Positions 15,725 through 24,373 of a stretch of DNA of 46,610 nt are shown one piece after another. Source of the DNA: a virus (taxonomy: Duplodnaviria > Caudoviricetes); the IMG/VR virus record IMGVR_UViG_3300049172_000060, positions 1 to 46,610 of that record; one strand, 5' to 3'. The position numbers and the translations under genes are program-made. Below the pieces are notes generated by a model. The model was not told the DNA's origin, made no database searches, and was given only the letters and a program-made list of their open reading frames with translations. Each line of letters starts with the position of its first letter. Positions within the stretch are counted from its first letter, which is position 1.

Positions 15725-15733
15725 TTCTAGCAT
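15725..15733 (-). promoter_or_regulatory. extended -10 promoter element (TGcTAGAAT)
   Basis: about 45 bp upstream of the 15679 start; no clear -35. Confidence 0.4.
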
Positions 15734-15738
15734 GGATG

Positions 15739-16127
15739 GAAGCGAGAATGGCCACACTTCACCCCTAGTCCAAAAGGGTTCACATGTGTGACCAAACTTG
15801 CTGCCACCTAAGCAGATGCTTAGGGGTAGCTTGTCAAGCATTTGGGGATAGCCGAACCACGGAACACCAAAAGGTGACGTTGGCTCAGCTATTCAAACGG
15901 GCCTGCTGATTTGACCATTGCTTCCGACGGTTTCAACTTATGCGGTGTGGGAGTACAAACTTCCCAGGGAAGGCAATTTCTGACCTGTCGAATGCGGTGA
16001 ACCAGTGGGTTCCCGTCGAATGTGCTTGTGAAAGCTGCGCACGTTTCACAACGTTCACGCCTTCAAATGGCAGCAGTATTTAGTTCACAAGTAACGAGCA
16101 GCTTTCACCACAATCGCCGTGAGGCGA
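15739..16127 (-). ncRNA. candidate structured non-coding RNA cluster
   Basis: consecutive stems at about 15796-15831, 15848-15892 (12 bp), 15923-16020 and 16028-16108 (11-bp perfect); no credible ORF. Confidence 0.5.
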
Positions 16128-16139
16128 CGAATTTGGCCC

Positions 16140-16366
16140 GCGCGACCCAATGGACTCGAACCACCTGCAATCGCGCAGCGCTGCAATTCAAATGTAAGGC
16201 AGGTCAAACAATGCCAAGTCGGGAGTAAACCCGTAAGGGAGGTACGCGCAGAATGCACGCGCACACTCAATCCTCTCTTGGCTGTCGTCCGTGTTGGCCC
16301 GACACCGAGAACATTACGACTGGGGGCTACTAGGTGCAAAAATTCCACCCGCTTTTCCAGCCGCGC
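16140..16366 (-). ncRNA. candidate 227-nt RNA closed by an acceptor-like stem and T-arm
   Basis: GCGCGGCT/GGTCGCGC terminal stem, GGTGG-TTCGAGT-CCATT T-arm, multibranched interior. Confidence 0.45.
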
Positions 16367-16371
16367 CTATG

Positions 16372-16398
16372 AAAAAACCCGGGGCCGGAACCCCGGGT
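16372..16398 (-). terminator. intrinsic terminator
   Basis: ACCCGGGG-TTCCGG-CCCCGGGT followed by TTTTT. Confidence 0.75.
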
Positions 16399-16415
16399 CA
16401 ATTCAATTGCTGCGC

Positions 16416-16664
16416 CTAGTCGCGAGTGATTTCGATTGACTGCACTCCGCGCTCACCTTCGAGCACATCAATCGTGATGCTGCTCACATCCATTGTCTGG
16501 ATGCCAAATCGGAAGAACCCCTGCGCCTGAGTCGCCACATCGAATGCATCCGACGCGAGCAAATCATTCTGCGTCGAGAGAACCGATGCACCGGGAGTCT
16601 TACCGCTCGTGGTGTACGTCGTAATGACGACGCGCCAATTGTTGAGACCCTGAATGCGAACCAT
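16416..16664 (-). CDS. hypothetical protein
   Basis: MVRIQGL start after GAAAGG. Confidence 0.7.
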   Translation of the reverse strand: MVRIQGLNNWRVVITTYTTSGKTPGASVLSTQNDLLASDAFDVATQAQGFFRFGIQTMDVSSITIDVLEGERGVQSIEITRD

Positions 16665-16707
16665 TGTTCTTACCTTTCGTTGTGAGGCACGGCCATGCCT
16701 CAATTGG

Positions 16708-16944
16708 CTACGCCTTGGCGACGAACTTGAATGACTTGTCACCAGGGCGACGAATCATGCTGCGCCCATTCTTGCTGCGCTTGAATTCGAGCGCAGCAAA
16801 GATGGCAGTGAATTCGTCGGTGTACTCCTGAACAGCAATGGCGTGGAACTCGGACCACTGCTGCTCTTCAATCGCAGCAGCGACGGTGGGGAGAATGACC
16901 AGGGCGAATGCGATCGTGAGCGCGACCCAAATTGCCTTGAACAT
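16708..16944 (-). CDS. membrane-anchored or secreted small protein
   Basis: GGAGG then MFKAIWVALTIAFALVILPTVAAA. Confidence 0.7.
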   Translation of the reverse strand: MFKAIWVALTIAFALVILPTVAAAIEEQQWSEFHAIAVQEYTDEFTAIFAALEFKRSKNGRSMIRRPGDKSFKFVAKA

Positions 16945-17000
16945 TGACGCCTCCGAATTGAGCTGCTGCGAACTGACAAGCAACATTCAACAGGGGTGGC

Positions 17001-17258
17001 TTAATGTTGTCTAGAATTCCACTCGCGTTTCCTTTTTATGGTCCACATAGATCGGTATACCTTTTTCAAAGTGTCAACCAAAATCCGCAATGCAATATAC
17101 GCCCCCAAACCAATTACACACCCCACAAACCAAATTATTGGACCACGTTGAAGTACCCATTGAAATATTGTCACAACACCACCCAAAGCAAGTATGCACA
17201 ACAATAGAAATGCGGCGAAAGGATCATCGCAAGCGACGGAATACAACAGGTCGAACAC
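17001..17258 (-). CDS. putative two-TM membrane protein
   Basis: two hydrophobic segments; AT-rich region. Confidence 0.45.
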   Translation of the reverse strand: MFDLLYSVACDDPFAAFLLLCILALGGVVTIFQWVLQRGPIIWFVGCVIGLGAYIALRILVDTLKKVYRSMWTIKRKREWNSRQH

Positions 17259-17290
17259 TTAGCCTTACCCACTATTTTTGTTTAGAAGCT

Positions 17291-17343
17291 CTGGTCAACC
17301 AAAACTGTTACAAGTAGTATTGAACCACTGGTCAACCAAAACT
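17291..17343. promoter_or_regulatory. 16-bp direct repeat operator pair at the divergence point
   Basis: CTGGTCAACCAAAACT at 17291 and 17328, core GTCAACCAAAA also at 17073; the pair flanks TGGTCA-17-TAGTAT. Confidence 0.6.
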
Positions 17344-17357
17344 TAAAGAGGAGGCAA

Positions 17358-17888
17358 TTGTCAATTAATCATAGTTTCACAGGTGAGATCGCTAACCCAA
17401 TTGTGCAAGCGCGAGTAGACATTGCTATTAGCGCGAATGCTTTGGCTCGACGACTTGGATTTTCGAAGCAATACCTTTCACGCGCCGAACAAGGCACTTA
17501 CAGCAGTTTGAACCCAGCATTGTTGCGCTGGACGGCAAATGCACTTGGTTGGACATCTGAAAGCGTTGTGAAACGTTACGTGGCATTTCAAAAGGCAACG
17601 CGACGAGCAACAGTAGAACGAATTGAACCTGCACCTTTGGTTAGACATTCGAGTGACCCTGGCAATGTGATTTTTGAGCGTTGGCGTTCAGGCTATTGGG
17701 TTTCGCCAACAGCTTTTGCAAATGACTTTTGCATTCACCCCGACCTTGTTCAAAAGTATGAGGAGGGAATCACCAAGACGATGCCAAAGCATTTGAAGGC
17801 AGCGATGATTGAATTGAAGCTGCTCGATGACAATTGGAAAGATGACATGTTTTTGCCCCAGAAGTCGAGGCCGCAGACGGCCGTGTGA
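17358..17888 (+). CDS. XRE-family regulator with two HTH domains
   Basis: IVQARVDIAISANALARRLGFSKQYLSRAEQG and FERWR...SPTAFANDFCIHPDLVQKYEEG. Confidence 0.75.
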   Translation: MSINHSFTGEIANPIVQARVDIAISANALARRLGFSKQYLSRAEQGTYSSLNPALLRWTANALGWTSESVVKRYVAFQKATRRATVERIEPAPLVRHSSDPGNVIFERWRSGYWVSPTAFANDFCIHPDLVQKYEEGITKTMPKHLKAAMIELKLLDDNWKDDMFLPQKSRPQTAV

Positions 17889-18049
17889 GAGCCTCGCAGG
17901 CAACGCCCTACGGTAAGTACCTGGGAGGGGGTCAAGTCCGCGAGAGGGGCCGTTACTCGGGGTATTGGCCTATGAACTGGGCTGATCGGGCTTTCCAGCC
18001 GCCTACAGCCCAGCTAGTTGAAAACCACTTTCAGTAAGGAGCTCGGGGC

Positions 18050-18286
18050 ATGAATGTTGCTCGCAAGATTTGGCACAGCATCAAAAGAAACCCCGTAGTG
18101 AACTTCTTTGTACTCACTGCGATTGGTCAAATGTCCCAGGATTATCTGACAGGGCAAATTGATTTCGAGCATATCACTGGCTATATTGCTACAGTGCTGA
18201 TTGGTATTATTGCTCGAATGTTCACTGTACCGGTGACGGAGCACGAGGACATGATTGACAAGATTCGGGGTGACCGCCTTGCCTGA
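18050..18286 (+). CDS. putative holin or membrane protein
   Basis: 78 aa, two hydrophobic helices, IARMFTVPV ending typical of actinophage holins. Confidence 0.55.
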   Translation: MNVARKIWHSIKRNPVVNFFVLTAIGQMSQDYLTGQIDFEHITGYIATVLIGIIARMFTVPVTEHEDMIDKIRGDRLA

Positions 18287-19019
18287 GCTTTCAACCCTCA
18301 CCGACATTGAACTCGACGTCATCTTTTTCATTGAGCGCTTCACCTCAACAAATGGTGTAGCGCCAACCCGTAGCCAAATTGACCAAAGGTTCACCGGGCT
18401 TAGTGACGAATGGTTTGCCGGGTTCAATGCAAACCCACTTGTGCAAAAGAGCTTTGCGGCTAGGGGTATTGTTTACCCAGCCATGCAAGACAAACTCACC
18501 GACCAGCAAATGCATGCCATCGCTGTAATGCTCGACAGCTATGATCGACGCAGCGATACCAAAAAGCTGAGCGACATTGGCATCACAACTCGACAATGGT
18601 CGACGTGGATGCTGGAAGAAGACTTCGCAAGTTATGTGCGTGACCGTTCGGAACGAATGCTTGAGGGCAGTATTTTCGAAGCTCACAAGGGTCTTGTAAA
18701 AGGTGCACGCAATGGCAACATTGCAGCTGTCAAAACGTTGTACGAAATCACCAACCGTTACAGGCCCGACCAAGAACAGCAAATCGATATCCGACGCGTG
18801 TTGCATACTTTCATCGAGGTCATCCAGCGTTACGTAAAAGACCCGGTTGTTTTGCAGCACATTGCCATGGACCTTTCAGCAGTGTCGACGGCTGAAAGCT
18901 ACGCAAACGGTTTGACCAACCAAATGATGAGCGGTGCCCAGAATTATCAAATGAGGCAAGTGGCGGGTCAAACCCAAAGTAACCTGCCCATGCCTGCATC
19001 ACTTGATGGCGGTGAATGA
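18279..19019 (+). CDS. putative terminase small subunit (HTH)
   Basis: LTDQQMHAI...LSDIGITTRQWSTWM..EDF; G...AVKTLYEIT.RY; probable TTG start at 18279. Confidence 0.6.
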   Translation: MPELSTLTDIELDVIFFIERFTSTNGVAPTRSQIDQRFTGLSDEWFAGFNANPLVQKSFAARGIVYPAMQDKLTDQQMHAIAVMLDSYDRRSDTKKLSDIGITTRQWSTWMLEEDFASYVRDRSERMLEGSIFEAHKGLVKGARNGNIAAVKTLYEITNRYRPDQEQQIDIRRVLHTFIEVIQRYVKDPVVLQHIAMDLSAVSTAESYANGLTNQMMSGAQNYQMRQVAGQTQSNLPMPASLDGGE

Positions 19020-19402
19020 TGGAACTGAAGCCCACAAAGTTCGGCATCAAGCCAGGCCAAACAAACCAACAAGAAAACAAGCCTGACCAATTTGGGCAGG
19101 TGCACAATAATCAAAATGATGCTACATCAGGTAATGTTCCAAGTGGAATGGAAAGCCGCCTTCAGCATCGACAGAGCGACGTAGATAGCGCAAAGACTGC
19201 ACAGCACCACACATTGGGTACCGGACGAAACCAAAGCAGCCCTGGTGACCATATTCATGACGGGGTAACCTCAAAGAAGCTAGGCCCGCTCGAAATGGAC
19301 CCCACCAACCCTGGTAAAACAAGGCCAGCGCTCACATTGGCTGCCGACGCGGCTTCAATTCGAGCCTTCCTGCATAACTTCATCGAATTTAGGGACGTGT
19401 GA
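19016..19402 (+). CDS. hypothetical virion-associated protein
   Basis: HHTLGTGRNQSSPGDHIHDG motif resembles actinophage minor structural proteins. Confidence 0.65.
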   Translation: MMELKPTKFGIKPGQTNQQENKPDQFGQVHNNQNDATSGNVPSGMESRLQHRQSDVDSAKTAQHHTLGTGRNQSSPGDHIHDGVTSKKLGPLEMDPTNPGKTRPALTLAADAASIRAFLHNFIEFRDV

Positions 19403-19491
19403 TGAATAACATCAACCCGAACTTTTGGCTCGTAATCATTAGCGTTCTGCTGCTGCTCATTCTGCTGCTTGGAACGGGTGTAGCGCGTTGA
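19402..19491 (+). CDS. 29-aa single-TM peptide (not in track)
   Basis: MNNINPNFWLVIISVLLLLILLLGTGVAR; TGATG and TTGA coupling to both neighbours. Confidence 0.55.
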   Translation: MNNINPNFWLVIISVLLLLILLLGTGVAR

Positions 19492-19706
19492 TTTCACGGG
19501 AAGATTTGGTTAGGGCCATCGATAATTCGACGCCCTATCCAATCGAAATGAGCTATGACGTCATGTATTACATGGCAGGCAAGCTGATGGAGATGTGTCT
19601 TATCGAAAAGAACGAATCGCACGAACTTTGGCAGCCTGAGCCCGAACCTGAGCCGGGCCCCGAGCCAGTTGAAATTCCACCCGGAGCACCGAACCCAAAT
19701 GGTTGA
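19488..19706 (+). CDS. hypothetical protein with Pro/Glu tail
   Basis: coupled ORF; PEPEPEPGPEP. Confidence 0.6.
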   Translation: MISREDLVRAIDNSTPYPIEMSYDVMYYMAGKLMEMCLIEKNESHELWQPEPEPEPGPEPVEIPPGAPNPNG

Positions 19707-19845
19707 AGAAATAACCCGAGCCTGGCGTTTCATTTTCAATCATCACCCCCGCGGTGATGAAATAATGACCCTGGTAATGGAAGCGCCAGAACAAATCACC
19801 ACAGCACGATTCCGTAAATGGTTTAACGAGGCTAGGGGGAACTAA
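19699..19845 (+). CDS. hypothetical protein (48 aa, not in track)
   Basis: MVEEITRAWRFIFNHHPRG...; TAATG overlap with the endolysin start. Confidence 0.55.
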   Translation: MVEEITRAWRFIFNHHPRGDEIMTLVMEAPEQITTARFRKWFNEARGN

Positions 19846-20684
19846 TGGCAAGACCGATGACCCATACACAGTTTACTGACCTCATGAAGACATGGGGTAT
19901 TGACACGGTCGACAATTCGCGTGGCGGGGTAAAGTGGTACAACCATAATCGCAATTCAAAAGGTAAGTGGGGCGAAGTTTATGGCTCCATGAATCACCAC
20001 ACCGGCGCAGCCGATAACAAAGCTGGTCGTGACGTGCTTTGGAATGGTTACGCTAGCCTTCCTGGCCCCCTTTGTCATGGCGGCATTACAGCTGACGGCA
20101 AAGTTCTTTTGAATGGTTGGGGTCGAACTAATCACGCAGGTCTTGGTGATGATGACATTCTTGACCTCGTCATTAGTGAAGATTACACAGGACTCCCCCG
20201 CCCAAATGAAGCAAACACTGACGGGAACCGACGTTTCTATGGTTGGGAGTGGATGTACGACGGTCTTTCAGACCCGATCGAAGAATATCCCAAGCTTTAC
20301 AAGACTGCTGTCCGACTAAATGCAGCTATTTGCACATTCCATAACTGGACTGCAAAGTCATGCATTGGTCACGGCAATTGGCAGCAGGGTAAATGGGATC
20401 CCGGCGTCCGCAAGGGCATAATGTTCTCAATCCCTCAGTTTCAAAACCATGTCGAGCAGGCAATCAAGGAAGGCCCCAACCCAAAGAAGCCACTCCCCCA
20501 GCGGCCTACAAACCCTGCGCCTACAAAGCCTGGCTCAATTACAATTGCCAAGGGTGACACTTTGATGAGCCTCGCTGAAAAGCACCTTGGTGACGCAAAG
20601 CGTTGGGCTGAATTTGTTCCCGGCAATCCTTCGCTTGTTCGTTCACTTCGAATTGGTGAAAAGCTCACAGTCCCTAAGAAGTAG
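19845..20684 (+). CDS. endolysin: N-acetylmuramoyl-L-alanine amidase with C-terminal LysM
   Basis: NHHT...LPGPLCH...GRTNHAG...YGWE...IGH...KWDP amidase_2 motifs; ITIAKGDTLMSLAEKHLG LysM. Confidence 0.9.
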   Translation: MARPMTHTQFTDLMKTWGIDTVDNSRGGVKWYNHNRNSKGKWGEVYGSMNHHTGAADNKAGRDVLWNGYASLPGPLCHGGITADGKVLLNGWGRTNHAGLGDDDILDLVISEDYTGLPRPNEANTDGNRRFYGWEWMYDGLSDPIEEYPKLYKTAVRLNAAICTFHNWTAKSCIGHGNWQQGKWDPGVRKGIMFSIPQFQNHVEQAIKEGPNPKKPLPQRPTNPAPTKPGSITIAKGDTLMSLAEKHLGDAKRWAEFVPGNPSLVRSLRIGEKLTVPKK

Positions 20685-20688
20685 GTGA

Positions 20689-21351
20689 ATGGGAACACTT
20701 ACAACCAATCTGAAGTTCTACAAACCAGCAGCGAGCGAATTCATTGACCCAGAGGTTCAGCTAAATCGCAACTGGGATATTTCTGATGCTGCTTTGAAGA
20801 GGCTATTGGAGTACGAATACACCACGGCTACGGTGCCGAACGTTACAAACTCGGTTGACCGTGCCAGGTTTTACAAAACGTACTCCAATAGCTTCATGGC
20901 TTACTTCAAGTCTGGCAACTTCTTTTACCAGGACCCTAACGCTTTCGTTTCAACGTGGGTGTCAGCCAAAAGTCTTTTGCAGCCTGGCTGGATTGAGCAC
21001 CCAGATATGCCGCTCTATTACAGGCAAGTCAAAAGGACCGGCGTTGCGAACACAACAGTTGAATGGATCGGGGCCATTCAAAACAATGACCAGGTCACCA
21101 TTGATGTCAATACCAACATGACATTGATGGACGTCGACAAAATCCCAGTCGGCATTAGGCCTGTTGTGGCGAAGTATTTCGACGTAAACGCTGGCAACAC
21201 AACAGCCAATTACAGCTTTGCCCGAGTTTTCATTGGCAGCAACGGCACCATGGAAATGAAACGATACGGCGCCAACCCAACAAGCCCCGGCACCGAAAAC
21301 AGAATTGAACTCACCGGCATCAAATACAGCGTTGAAGTGACGGGAGCTTAA
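20689..21351 (+). CDS. putative tail fibre / receptor-binding protein 1
   Basis: TTNLKFYKP...QLNRNWD N-terminal anchor; IPVGIRP beta-rich C-terminus. Confidence 0.6.
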   Translation: MGTLTTNLKFYKPAASEFIDPEVQLNRNWDISDAALKRLLEYEYTTATVPNVTNSVDRARFYKTYSNSFMAYFKSGNFFYQDPNAFVSTWVSAKSLLQPGWIEHPDMPLYYRQVKRTGVANTTVEWIGAIQNNDQVTIDVNTNMTLMDVDKIPVGIRPVVAKYFDVNAGNTTANYSFARVFIGSNGTMEMKRYGANPTSPGTENRIELTGIKYSVEVTGA

Positions 21352-21983
21352 TGGCCTACTTCAACTTCAATAAGATCACCCCACCAGCGCCAAATGACCC
21401 ACTTGTCAATGAAGTAATCCAACTCAATGACAATTGGGACCACCTGGATACAAAGCTAGCACCCTACATGAATGGTGGCTCAATTGTAGGGCTTGAAACC
21501 GGGCAAGAATACTTTAGTGGCGCTGGTTTTAACTTTACCGTATGGGATGGTGCAGCAAGTGTCGTGCCCGACGACATTGCAAACAGCTGGTCAGCTTGGA
21601 CCAACTTTCCAATGGCTACCGGACGGTTCATTCGATCGGGCTTCCAGCCCAAATGGCGCAACAATCCACTTTTGCGAATGGTCGAATGTGCTGGTGGCGT
21701 AGCATTTGATGCAGTCGCGGGCGCCTGGCCAATGGGAACCCTATTCCTCATTAATGCTGATTCGGCTGGCAGTCCGCCACTTTCAATGTTGCCCGTAGGT
21801 GGCAAGCATGTTGGTCAACTCGCAACTGCTTTGACCGGTGGAACTTCTGTGGCTGCCGGAGCCTACGCAATTGTCGAAAACCCCAGCGGAACAAGTTCAT
21901 TTACACGCATCAGGCTACAGTATTTGGGTGGCGGCGGTGGAGGTAACTTCATCATGCTCGACCAACTTTGGTGGTGGTATTAA
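21351..21983 (+). CDS. putative tail fibre / receptor-binding protein 2
   Basis: FNFNKITP...QLNDNWD anchor shared with neighbours. Confidence 0.6.
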   Translation: MAYFNFNKITPPAPNDPLVNEVIQLNDNWDHLDTKLAPYMNGGSIVGLETGQEYFSGAGFNFTVWDGAASVVPDDIANSWSAWTNFPMATGRFIRSGFQPKWRNNPLLRMVECAGGVAFDAVAGAWPMGTLFLINADSAGSPPLSMLPVGGKHVGQLATALTGGTSVAAGAYAIVENPSGTSSFTRIRLQYLGGGGGGNFIMLDQLWWWY

Positions 21984-22660
21984 TGGCTGAACCACCCACG
22001 CCATTTTACGGGCTGAACAAACCTGAAAAGACCGACGCTATGTCGGACTTCGATACATGGCTCAATGACAATTGGGACACCATTACCGACGTCCCTGCTC
22101 CACCAAATGGCGTAACACTCCCCCAGGCTGGCGACTTTGAAGTCGGCGACAGGTTTTACAAAACTGACACCAAGTCCATTTACATTCTAGTCACCAAAGA
22201 CGCCAATTGGGGTTGGCATTGGCGCCCAATTCAAGACGCCATGTCACCTTGGCTTGCTGTGCCAAACACGTGCATGGAAATCGCCGGTTGGACTTTGAAC
22301 CCAGTCGCAACTAACCCATTTGCAATCGCCCTCGACAATCGTGGCCGTTGCTATTGGCGTGGCGTCATTGGAACAATCGCAGGCAACATTTCACGCAATG
22401 TATCACATCAAGTTTTCAAACCTGTACCACTGGGCATTCGGCCTCGCGAACGTGGTGCACATATGCTCGGTCATGAAACATTGGCCGTAGGTGTCGACGG
22501 TACCAATCTGAATTGCTGGCAGGGCGCCCGCATCTTCCTGTTTGATACCGAAGTCGACTTCCCGAGCATACGTTGTTTCGGTGGCACCGCGGATTTTAAC
22601 CGCATTCACCTGAGTGGAATCAATTACGCGGTAGGATCAGCACGATATACAGCACCGTGA
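21983..22660 (+). CDS. putative tail fibre / receptor-binding protein 3
   Basis: YGLNKPE...WLNDNWD anchor; VPLGIRP. Confidence 0.6.
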   Translation: MAEPPTPFYGLNKPEKTDAMSDFDTWLNDNWDTITDVPAPPNGVTLPQAGDFEVGDRFYKTDTKSIYILVTKDANWGWHWRPIQDAMSPWLAVPNTCMEIAGWTLNPVATNPFAIALDNRGRCYWRGVIGTIAGNISRNVSHQVFKPVPLGIRPRERGAHMLGHETLAVGVDGTNLNCWQGARIFLFDTEVDFPSIRCFGGTADFNRIHLSGINYAVGSARYTAP

Positions 22661-22795
22661 GAAAGATTTGAACTCGCCATTTGACGCGGGGCGTAGCAAT
22701 GTAGGCTGGTGACGCCGGGCAGGTGTACGGAACGAAGTGGAGTGGGCCTGGCCGTCGTTGCCTGCCGTATTGCGAAGCTAGGGACCCGCGTCATA

Positions 22796-24373
22796 ATGAA
22801 GCGAGTTCAAATCTTTCGAACAATAAGAAGGAGGCGTCTGCCTAAAAAGGTTGAGAAGAAGATTACGTCTATTCATGACGCCTTCAAAGATTTGAGCGAG
22901 AATCTTGCACGAGTTGCCGATTTCCCAGACATCAACTCATATGTTCCCCACGCAAAGCAAAGAAAGTTTCACGATAGCGCTAAGCGAATCCGCTTGTACA
23001 TTGGTGGAAACCGTTCTGGAAAAACTACAGGCGGAATTGTCGAAGATATCTGGTGGCTCACACGAACTCACCCTTTTCAGCGGATTCCGGATCGACCAAT
23101 TGCCGGACGAATTGTGTCAGTTGACTTTCTCAACGGAATTGAGAAAATCATCAAACCCCAACTCAAGCAATGGCTGCCCCCAAGTCAATTGCGAGGAGGC
23201 TCTTGGTTTTCTGCTTATGAAAGTAGTACTAGAACCCTCTATTTGGAAAATGGCTCATTCGTTGAGCTCATGTCCTACGACCAAGACCTCGATAAGTTTG
23301 CTGGAACAAGTCGGGATTTCGTTCATTTTGATGAAGAACCTCCGGAAACAATCTACACCGAAAACATGGCACGACTCATCGACCGAAAAGGACATTGCTG
23401 GATCACAATGACGCCCGTTGAGGGCATGACATGGATTTATGACACCATTTATGAAAAGGGCATGCTAGGCGACGACGGAATTGACATTGTCGAAGTCGAC
23501 ATGGCCGAAAACCCTCACCTCGACAAAGAGGAAGTCGACATCTTCCTCGGTTCACTTTCAGATGATGAACGTGAAGCCCGAGGTAAAGGCAAGTTCGTTC
23601 AAATGGGTGGTTTGGTCTACAAGGCGTTCAACCCAAAAATTCACCTTATCGACCCAATTGATTTCGCTGAATTGAAGGGCTCGCAGTACAAGCATTACAT
23701 GTCGCTTGACCATGGCTTTAATAACCCGACGTCTGTGCATTGGCACGCGGCTAACACAGACAACGAAGTCATCACATTTGACGAGCATTACGAAGCTGGT
23801 CAAATCATTGAGTACCACGCTCAAGTAATTCACGGTAAGGAAAAAATACACGGTCGTACGCCTGACATCCGTATTTGTGATCCTGCTCTAGCTCAAAAGA
23901 ATGCCGTTACTGGAACTTCCATCCAAACCGAGTATGCAATTCGTGGTATTGGAATGGTTCTTGGCAATAATGATGTAATGACTGGTGTGGCAAAAGTCAA
24001 TCAATATTTGGCCTTGCGTAAGGATGGAACACCGTCCTGGCGTATCACCAAGAACTGCGCTAACCTGATTCGTGAAATCAGTCGCCTGCGATGGAAGACT
24101 TGGGCTTCTAAAAAGCAGGCTTCACAGAACAATCCATATGATCAGATCCACAAAAAGGACGATCACGCATGCGATGAATGTCGGTACTTCTTCAGTTTCA
24201 TGCCAGAGCTAAAGCAAACAGTGAAAATGCCCGAACGGTCTCAGCTTCCAGAAATTGGAGGTTCATCGGCAAAGCTTGCGGGAATGGGTAGCTGGAACAC
24301 CGATCCTAATTTGAATCCCCGTGCTTTGTCCGAACGGCAGACTAGTTGGAAAGTTTCTCTCAATGACGACTAG
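22796..24373 (+). CDS. terL: terminase large subunit
   Basis: GGNRSGKT Walker A, VHFDEEP Walker B, TMTP, SLDHG, DDHACDECRY nuclease motifs; true start may be CTG at 22838. Confidence 0.93.
   Translation: MKRVQIFRTIRRRRLPKKVEKKITSIHDAFKDLSENLARVADFPDINSYVPHAKQRKFHDSAKRIRLYIGGNRSGKTTGGIVEDIWWLTRTHPFQRIPDRPIAGRIVSVDFLNGIEKIIKPQLKQWLPPSQLRGGSWFSAYESSTRTLYLENGSFVELMSYDQDLDKFAGTSRDFVHFDEEPPETIYTENMARLIDRKGHCWITMTPVEGMTWIYDTIYEKGMLGDDGIDIVEVDMAENPHLDKEEVDIFLGSLSDDEREARGKGKFVQMGGLVYKAFNPKIHLIDPIDFAELKGSQYKHYMSLDHGFNNPTSVHWHAANTDNEVITFDEHYEAGQIIEYHAQVIHGKEKIHGRTPDIRICDPALAQKNAVTGTSIQTEYAIRGIGMVLGNNDVMTGVAKVNQYLALRKDGTPSWRITKNCANLIREISRLRWKTWASKKQASQNNPYDQIHKKDDHACDECRYFFSFMPELKQTVKMPERSQLPEIGGSSAKLAGMGSWNTDPNLNPRALSERQTSWKVSLNDD

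Noticed and set aside
16140-16366. Functional tmRNA
   Set aside because: No G3:U70/A73-CCA end in a convincing register, no Ala-ending tag ORF, and it is short; kept only as a tRNA-like capped RNA.
22681-22707. TTGACG...TAGGCT promoter before terL
   Set aside because: The spacer is only 15 bp; plausible but not supportable without TSS data.
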